The translations under genes were made by a program, and so were the position numbers. Below, one piece after another: positions 58,601-64,000 of a stretch of DNA of 64,000 bases. The notes under the pieces were generated by a model. The model worked only from the letters and a program-made list of their open reading frames with translations. It ran no database searches and was not told the DNA's origin. The stretch comes from Occultella glacieicola (lineage in GTDB: Bacteria; Actinomycetota; Actinomycetes; Actinomycetales; Beutenbergiaceae): positions 434,001 to 498,000 of the forward strand of contig NZ_SMNA01000002.1 of NCBI RefSeq assembly GCF_004353825.1, read 5' to 3'. Every line of letters starts with the position of its first letter. Position 1 is the stretch's first letter.

Positions 58601-58742
58601 GCAGCGAGCCGACGAGCACGACCTGCCGGTCGTTCGCCGCGAACGCCGGTTCGGGTGTCAGGGCGGTGACCGCGCCGGTCAGGGCGAGGGCGAGGGTGGC
58701 CAGGATCGCGGGCAGGCGGCGGGGGGCGCGGGTGGTCGCCAC
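52629..58742 (-). CDS. Secreted multidomain alpha-amylase/pullulanase (two GH13 catalytic domains)
   Basis: Signal peptide (...PAFA) and three X25-like repeats (G...SE.GC..DW...C). GH13 domain 1: DGFRIDTVKH, GEVY, NHD. GH13 domain 2: FNWGYDP, DGFRFDLMGHH, GEGWN, AHDNETL. GAAGGAG RBS before GTG 58742. Confidence 0.93.
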   Translation of the reverse strand: MATTRAPRRLPAILATLALALTGAVTALTPEPAFAANDRQVVLVGSLQSELGCAEDWQTNCAATTLIGTDVDGVYAAEFSLPAGTWEYKVALDGTWDEAYGLDGGDANIPLVLPGEATLRFSYDDGTHRVGLQVLDLRGDYSEADAELVADPVRSEGAGEQFYFVLTDRFANGDPANDTAGLGDDPLVSGHDPTNQGFYHGGDIAGLTNRLDYIEGLGTTAIWLTPSFTNQAVQGTGADASAGYHGYWITDFTQIDPHLGTNAELEAFIEDAHARGIDVYFDIITNHTADLIDYAEGEYGYIDQATSPYLTADGVPFDPSDVAGSPDFPALDAATSFPYTPVRAEARPAMVPDWLNDVTLYHNRGNSTWSGESVTYGDFDGLDDLMTEDPEVVEGMIDIYTTWMDLGIDGFRIDTVKHVNPEFWETFTAAITEHAGAIGNDDFFSFGEVYDADARLISPYVRDTDMDAVLDFAYQAAAANYARGAGANALAGLFASDDHYTTPTSSADALPTFLGNHDMGRLGYLLGDVSDPLQRSELAHSLMYLTRGQPVVYYGDEQGFIGTGNDKGARQSLFASQTPLYIDQPLLTGEQAGSVDRYDTDAPLYTHIAELAALRSANPALSGGAQIELAADGGVYAFARVDRTERVEHLVALNNETAARTITLTTLTPGATYATLYGTPQTVTADAAGEVSLTVDPLSAVVLRADAQVAVPSEILAPVLTPLPGSAVEGLAPIGADASDHTWSETTFSVRVVGTQDWQLLGTAEDTTPRVFHDTGDLAAGTLLEYRAVTVDAAGNRTAASTYANVGFAVNGVVETDPGAATVTIPGTHNTAMGCASDWSPDCEAAALTLGEHGLYTGTFDLPAGAYEYKVAIGGSWAENYGVGGVRDGANSSYTHAGGPVTFYYDPVTHYFSNTAQTPVVTLPGSLNSEVGCAGDWDPGCLRTWMQDPDGDGVFTWSTNALPAGGYEVKVAHGLSWDENYGAGGAAGGANIAFTVGAGQFVQFAYDLATHQLTIAVTDYPTAGVGQWRVHWLDQTTIAVPRDLLPAGAAPTDLAWALVTAPDGGLTLAGNDVTGGTATGLEVIDTGLDPQLRERYPHLADSVALAVTDLDRAAVEAALTGQLALTAHNAGGALTVFTGVQLPGVLDDLYAQDAAQAPLGATWHADGAVSVAVWAPTARDVDLLLFDDGTGTGEPERLAATRQADGTWTVAGAADWRDRAYLWDIEVYVPGTDAVEHNVVTDPYSVALTVDSTHSVLVDLDDPSYQPALWADTPNPDAIRGVDQTIYELHVRDFSIADESVPEPLRGSYAAFTQTDSAGMTHLRDLADAGLTTVHLLPTFDIATIPEARAEQSVPVVPDAAPDSPGQQAAVMAAADTDGFNWGYDPLHFTTPEGSYASPGHQDGGARVAEFRSMVGALHDADLRVVLDQVFNHTAASGQDALSVLDRVVPGYYQRLDAAGQVETSTCCQNVATEHAMAQDLMVDSVLTWAREYRVDGFRFDLMGHHSRANLEAVRAALDTLTIAEDGVDGASIYLYGEGWNFGEVANNRLFEQATQGQLDGTGIGTFSDRLRDAVQGGHGTLQQQGFGTGLYTDNNAVTGAQTPGQLADLQHRADLVRLGLAGNLASYEFLTSSGAWLRGDQLDYNGQPAGYATSPEEVVTYVDAHDNETLYDLLALRLPADSTVDERVRMNTLALATTALSQTPSFWHAGTDLLRSKSLDRNSYNSGDHFNEIDWTMQDSVFGTGLPPQRDNGANWAVQGPLLADPALVPAPDQIAQSAAMAQDLLRLRFSTPLFRLGETDLITERVTFPGSGPDATAGLVVMSIDDAAGAYAEDVDAGLDGVLVVLNTTPDPITETVDGFAGRDLELSDVQAEGADEVVRGTVWDATSGTVTIPARTVAVLVDPAEPVVPLDPALTLSPASAGPGEQVEVAVTGFAPDEDVELTLGEGSLTVLNVDSAGAAVGAVTIPAQTAAGTYTVTATGLSSGVSAEAGLVVEVTEPPQCVDLPPGLAGWILRILIALLRALFPGLPEVCWT

Positions 58743-58934
58743 GGGGTCTCCTTCGACTGCGTCGCTCACCGACGAGCGACGTCACTGGGACGACCGTAAC
58801 GGCTGCCAGCAACTTTCAGCAAGGCCTTGCAACGACGGATCCGACGACCTCCGGCACGCCTCCTTGCCGCGCGGGCGCGGAACCGGTACAGATTGACTGC
58901 CCAGCAGCGTCGTCGCGCCAGAGAGCAGGCCGCC

Positions 58935-59519
58935 ATGTCCGAACCCTCATCCACCAACGTCGTGTCGGCGCTCGCGAAGGACGTCTGGTACTACGCCGTG
59001 ATCCGCGGCGCCGTCGCGATCGTCTTCGGGATCCTGGCCCTGGTCTGGCCGGACAAGGTGCTGCCCACATTCGTGCTCCTCCTGGGCATCTTCTGGGCCG
59101 TCGACGGCGTGCTCGCGATCGTGCACGGGATCCGCACCCGGGGAACCCCGGGCGCCGGCAGCGAGATCTTCTTCGGGGTCCTCGGCGCGATCGCCGGGGT
59201 GTTCCTGATCGTGCGGCCGGCGGTGGGGACCGAGATCCTGCTCATCGTGGCCGGCGTCTGGGCCATCATCGGTGGGCTCATCCTCGCGATCTCCGCGGTG
59301 CGCGGCCGCCGGAGCCTCGGCGCCGCCTGGACCCTGGGTCTCGCGTTCGGCGTGATCACGCTCGCGTTCGGCATCTTCCTGGTGGCGGCCCCGGACGTCG
59401 CCGCCACCACCTTCGGTGTGCTGCTCGGCATCTACGCACTGCTCGCCGGAATCGCACTGGTGCTGATCGGCCTGTCGGTGCGTGCAATCGGCCGCTCCGC
59501 GCAGACACCCGCCCAGTAG
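58935..59519 (+). CDS. HdeD/DUF308 family membrane protein
   Basis: W...IRG..AI.FGILA..WP pattern repeated; about 6 TM segments. Confidence 0.85.
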   Translation: MSEPSSTNVVSALAKDVWYYAVIRGAVAIVFGILALVWPDKVLPTFVLLLGIFWAVDGVLAIVHGIRTRGTPGAGSEIFFGVLGAIAGVFLIVRPAVGTEILLIVAGVWAIIGGLILAISAVRGRRSLGAAWTLGLAFGVITLAFGIFLVAAPDVAATTFGVLLGIYALLAGIALVLIGLSVRAIGRSAQTPAQ

Positions 59520-59591
59520 GCCCACGGTCGCCGCCCGCGGCCCGGTCTCCACGGGTGCCGTGGCCGACCGCCCGCCGGGCCCGCACCGCGA

Positions 59592-59627
59592 ACGGCGCCC
59601 GTCCCCCAGGAGGTGGACGGGCGCCGT
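59592..59627. terminator. Bidirectional terminator hairpin
   Basis: ACGGCGCCCGTCC ... GGACGGGCGCCGT between the convergent hdeD-like gene and mdh. Confidence 0.7.
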
Positions 59628-59658
59628 CGGCGTTGCTCGCTCGCGGATCGGGCCCGGA

Positions 59659-60702
<1,044 letters not shown>

Positions 60703-60936
60703 TCAGCGCGACGAGGAACTCCTGGGCGGTCTGCCACCGGTCGCGCCGACCCGCGTCGGAGCGGGCGACCGGCATGCGCCACCAGATTACTCGACATCGA
60801 GATACCCGGCAGGACGCGTCCGGCTTCCCCGGCCGGCCCGCGGCTCGCACGGCCTCGTCTGCGCTCACGTTCAGCGGGCACCCAGGCGGGGGTGAGAGGG
60901 TAGGCACCGATCACGCCCTCTCTCGACGGGATTCCC

Positions 60937-62025
60937 ATGACCAGCACCATCGTTGACGACATCGACGACTACACCGAGGACGTCCTCGAGCCGGAGCGAG
61001 AGCACCCCCTCGGCCAGCGGCTCGGTGCCGAGTTCGTCGGCACGTTCATCCTCGTGTTCCTCGGGCTCGGCCTGGCCGTGTACGGGGGCATCCTCTTCAA
61101 CGCCGACCAGGTGGCCGAGGCGCTCGCCTGGGGCGTCGCACTGATGGCCGCGATGGCGATGTTCGTGTACGTCTCCGGCGGGCACTTCAACCCGGCCCTG
61201 ACCCTCGGCGCCGCGATCACCGGACGGCTGTCCTGGTCCGCGGTGCTCCCGTACTGGCTGGCCCAGGTCGCCGGTGGCGTGGGAGCGTCGGCGCTGCTGT
61301 TCATCACCACCCCGGTCGAGCTCCCGACCCAGCTGCAGCTGACCACGGTGCGGTCCCTGTTCGCGCAGTCCGCGAGCGGCTTCGACGCGAACTCGACGTT
61401 CGCGCGGGCCTCGTCCGGGGCGATCTCGACCACGATGCTGCAGGTCCTGATCATCGAGGTGGTCGCGACCGCGCTGTTCGTCGCCGTGGCGCTCGCCGTC
61501 ACCCGGACGGCGTCGAGCCGCCGCGGATACTCGGCCGCGATCGTGACCGGCCTGTTCTACGGCATCCTCTCGGTGGCCACCACGTTCGTGGCGGGCGGGG
61601 CGATGAACCCGGCCCGGGCCACGGCGATCGCGGTCTTCTCCGACTCCTGGGCCCTCGGCCAGGTCTGGCTGTTCTGGGTGGCGCCGCTGCTCGGGGCCGC
61701 GATCACGGCGCTGCTGTTCACGGTGTTCGCGCCGGAGCCGCTGCCGGTCGTCGCGTACGAGGACGAGGACTACGACGACGACGACGACGACGAGCCGGAC
61801 GACGACGAGGACGACGACGACACCGACGACGAGGCCGGCCACGGCGCGGCCTCGGTCACGCTCGACGAGTCCGACGACCCTGACCGGATCAGCTGGGCCG
61901 AGGTCGACGAGGACGAGGCGGCCGACGAGGTCTCCGCGACCGAGGACGACGTCACCGGCAAGGGCGATGTCTCCGACGAGGACGGCGGGAGCGCCCGCCC
62001 CGAGGACGGCACAACCCGCGCCTGA
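60937..62025 (+). CDS. MIP/aquaporin family channel with acidic tails
   Basis: AEFVGTF, SGGHFNPA, MNPAR and WLFWVAPLLG; Asp/Glu-rich C-terminus. Confidence 0.9.
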   Translation: MTSTIVDDIDDYTEDVLEPEREHPLGQRLGAEFVGTFILVFLGLGLAVYGGILFNADQVAEALAWGVALMAAMAMFVYVSGGHFNPALTLGAAITGRLSWSAVLPYWLAQVAGGVGASALLFITTPVELPTQLQLTTVRSLFAQSASGFDANSTFARASSGAISTTMLQVLIIEVVATALFVAVALAVTRTASSRRGYSAAIVTGLFYGILSVATTFVAGGAMNPARATAIAVFSDSWALGQVWLFWVAPLLGAAITALLFTVFAPEPLPVVAYEDEDYDDDDDDEPDDDEDDDDTDDEAGHGAASVTLDESDDPDRISWAEVDEDEAADEVSATEDDVTGKGDVSDEDGGSARPEDGTTRA

Positions 62026-62040
62026 GCTCCTCGGATCGGG

Positions 62041-62349
62041 TCAGATGGCCGCGGCCGGCGCGGTGATCGCGAACGTCGCCATCACCAGCCCGGTCACCGC
62101 CAGGAACGCCACGTCGAAGCCCCGCGACCGGGCCGAGATCCCGTAGGGGCCCGGCCGCGGGGCGACGGCGCGGACGAACGCCAGCACGCCGAGCTCGGCG
62201 GCGAACATGAGCGAGGCCGGCCGGGCGCCGACCAGGAACGACGCGGCCACGATCAGCACCATCGCGAGCAGGGCCACCCACATCACCGCGTGGCTGCGCG
62301 GTTGCGCGGGCAGTGGCACGTCGGCCGGTGCGCTGGTGGGAACGGTCAC
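62041..62349 (-). CDS. DUF3017-like small membrane protein
   Basis: Three hydrophobic segments and R...P..G....ARSRGFD. TAGGCT -10 lies 7 nt before GTG 62349. Confidence 0.7.
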   Translation of the reverse strand: MTVPTSAPADVPLPAQPRSHAVMWVALLAMVLIVAASFLVGARPASLMFAAELGVLAFVRAVAPRPGPYGISARSRGFDVAFLAVTGLVMATFAITAPAAAI

Positions 62350-62513
62350 GCATGCGAGCCTACTCGCCGGACAGCGAGGCCCTCGCAGGCCCCCTCCCAG
62401 ACCCCGGCACCGCACGGCGGCGGTGGCCTGTGGACAACGGCCGACCCCTGAATGCCAGGCCGTCATGATCGGATCATGACGGCTGGTGACAGGCAGGAGC
62501 GCCAAGGAGCACC

Positions 62514-63068
62514 ATGGGGGTCATGACAGCGATGCCGCGCACCGGCGAGGAATGGACGGTCGATGACCTCGACCGGCTTCCGGACGACGGGCTGCAGTAC
62601 GAGCTGCTCGACGGTTTGCTGCTCGTGACCCCGGCCCCGGTGCTCCTGCATCAGCGCACGATCGGCAACCTGCACCTGCTGCTGCGTGCCGCCTGCACTC
62701 CCGGCTACGAAGTCTTCCTCTCCCCGGTCGACTGGCGGCCGGACCTGCGCACCTCGCTGCAGCCGGACCTGCTCGTGGTCCGCAACGAGGACGTCGCGGT
62801 CAGGAACATCACGGCGCCGCTGGTCCTGGCCGTCGAGGTGCTCTCACCGTCCACTCGGCGCAAAGATCTGGTGCTGAAGCGTCGAAGTACGAGGACAGCG
62901 GCGTGCAGTCCTATTGGGTCGTCGACCCGAAGGCACCGGAGCTGGTCGCCCTCGACCTGGTCGACGGCCGCTACGTCACCACGGACCCTCGCCGGTGACG
63001 AGCGCGCGATCCTCCACCACCCGTTCGACGTCGAGGTGGCGCCGGCGGACCTGATCCGGGCTCCCTGA
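62514..63068 (+). pseudogene. Uma2 family PD-(D/E)xK endonuclease with two compensating frameshifts
   Basis: YELLDG, QPDL and LAVEVLSPST are in the ORF frame. The expected SKYEDSGVQSYWVVDP...LVDGRY segment is in another frame (62882-62983). Confidence 0.75.
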
Positions 63069-63130
63069 GCGCGCTCCGCACCGCCCGGGCCGAAGCCTGA
63101 ACGCGTCCACTGCGGGGCTACGGTGGGAAC

Positions 63131-64000
63131 GTGAGACTCCCCGCGCCCCGACGTCCGGACCGGATCGTGGTGGTGGGAGCCGGGCTCGCCGGGCTGCGCA
63201 CCGTCGCCGAACTGCGCGCCACCGGGTTCACCGGTCACCTCACCCTGCTCGGCAACGAGGGCCTGCCTCCGTACGACCGGCCACCGCTGTCGAAGGAGCT
63301 CCTCACCCGGACCACGCCGCTGTGGCTCGCCGACGACCTCGGCTACGACCTGGACGGCCTCGCCGACGAGGTGCGGCTCGCCACGGCAGCGCGCGCGCTC
63401 CGCGTGGGTCCGGACGGCCCACGGCTGGACCTGGACGATGGCGCGGAACTCGCCGCGGACGCGGTGGTGGCGGCCACCGGGTCCCGGCCGCTGCGCCCGC
63501 ACGGCTGGGATCACGCGCTGCTGCTGCACTCGGCGAGCGACGCGGACACGCTCCGGGCCGCGATCACGCCCGGCGCCCGGATCGTGGTGGTCGGCGCCGG
63601 CTGGATCGGCGCCGAGGTGGCCGGGGTGGCCGCGGCCGCGGGCGCGTCGGTGACCGTCCTGGAGGCGGGACCCGCTCCCCTGGGCCGGCAACTGGGACCC
63701 GACCTGGGCGGGCGCACCACGCCGTGGTACGCGCAGGCGGGGGTGGACCTGCACACCGGCGCCACGGTCACCCGGGTCGAGCCCGACGGCGTGCACCTCA
63801 CCGATGGCCGCACGTTCGCCGCGGACGTGGTGCTGTGCGCGATCGGGGCCCGCCCGGCCACCGAGTGGCTCGGTGACGCGGTCCGCCGGGAGCCGTCCGG
63901 GCACGTGCGGGTCGACGCCGGTGGGGCCAGCGCCACCCCCGGGGTCTGGGCGGTCGGGGACGTCGCCGCTCGGTCGCATCCGACCCTCGGCGCCGTGCCC
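63131..64000 (+). CDS. FAD/NAD(P)-dependent oxidoreductase (ferredoxin reductase-like), 3'-truncated; absent from the ORF track
   Basis: From GTG 63131: MRLPAPRRPDRIVVVGAGLAG...PYDRPPLSKELL...ATGS...VVGAGWIGAEVA...WAVGDVA. TACGGT -10 lies 6 nt upstream. Confidence 0.9.
   Translation, partial: MRLPAPRRPDRIVVVGAGLAGLRTVAELRATGFTGHLTLLGNEGLPPYDRPPLSKELLTRTTPLWLADDLGYDLDGLADEVRLATAARALRVGPDGPRLDLDDGAELAADAVVAATGSRPLRPHGWDHALLLHSASDADTLRAAITPGARIVVVGAGWIGAEVAGVAAAAGASVTVLEAGPAPLGRQLGPDLGGRTTPWYAQAGVDLHTGATVTRVEPDGVHLTDGRTFAADVVLCAIGARPATEWLGDAVRREPSGHVRVDAGGASATPGVWAVGDVAARSHPTLGAVP

Noticed and set aside
53817..58799. 1660-aa plus-strand ORF and other long antisense or alternate-frame ORFs (e.g. 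691-3144, 22936-25671, 33834-36227)
   Set aside because: These are shadows of real genes caused by high-GC codon bias. They are Arg/Gly/Pro-rich, have no motifs, and overlap well-supported CDSs.
62429..62437. Replication origin
   Set aside because: Only a single DnaA-box-like 9-mer is present, with no cluster, AT-rich unwinding element or dnaA/dnaN.

Overview
High-GC actinobacterial chromosome, probably Micrococcales (inferred from gene content and order). It reads as mostly core and metabolic DNA. I saw no rRNA, tRNA, CRISPR array, integrase or transposase. Main blocks: (1) a ~25 kb nucleoside salvage/catabolism region (punA, a phospho-sugar mutase, deoC with a split ALDH16-like pair, add, deoA, cdd, a BMP-type nucleoside ABC transporter, a nucleoside hydrolase), with ilvA, a CYTH gene, an amino-acid ABC transporter, terC and two DUF202 genes interspersed; (2) sugar-nucleotide and carbohydrate genes (Man-1-P guanylyltransferase, galK, eukaryote-type UGPase, GH38 mannosidase, a ~2,000-aa two-domain amylopullulanase); (3) an atypical Hsp70, a regulator/MFS pair with tandem operators, a MacAB-like exporter and a serine hydrolase; (4) one-carbon genes (ZMP/ZTP riboswitch-glyA-folD, purU); (5) mdh, an aquaporin and a Uma2 nuclease with two compensating frameshifts. 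Best leads: an unannotated structured RNA candidate at ~8.70-8.83 kb, the split ALDH16, a Cys-bracketed amphipathic C-terminal tail on the pullulanase, several orphan operators, frequent leaderless promoters and short relay ORFs. All of these are hypotheses read from the sequence; no searches were run.
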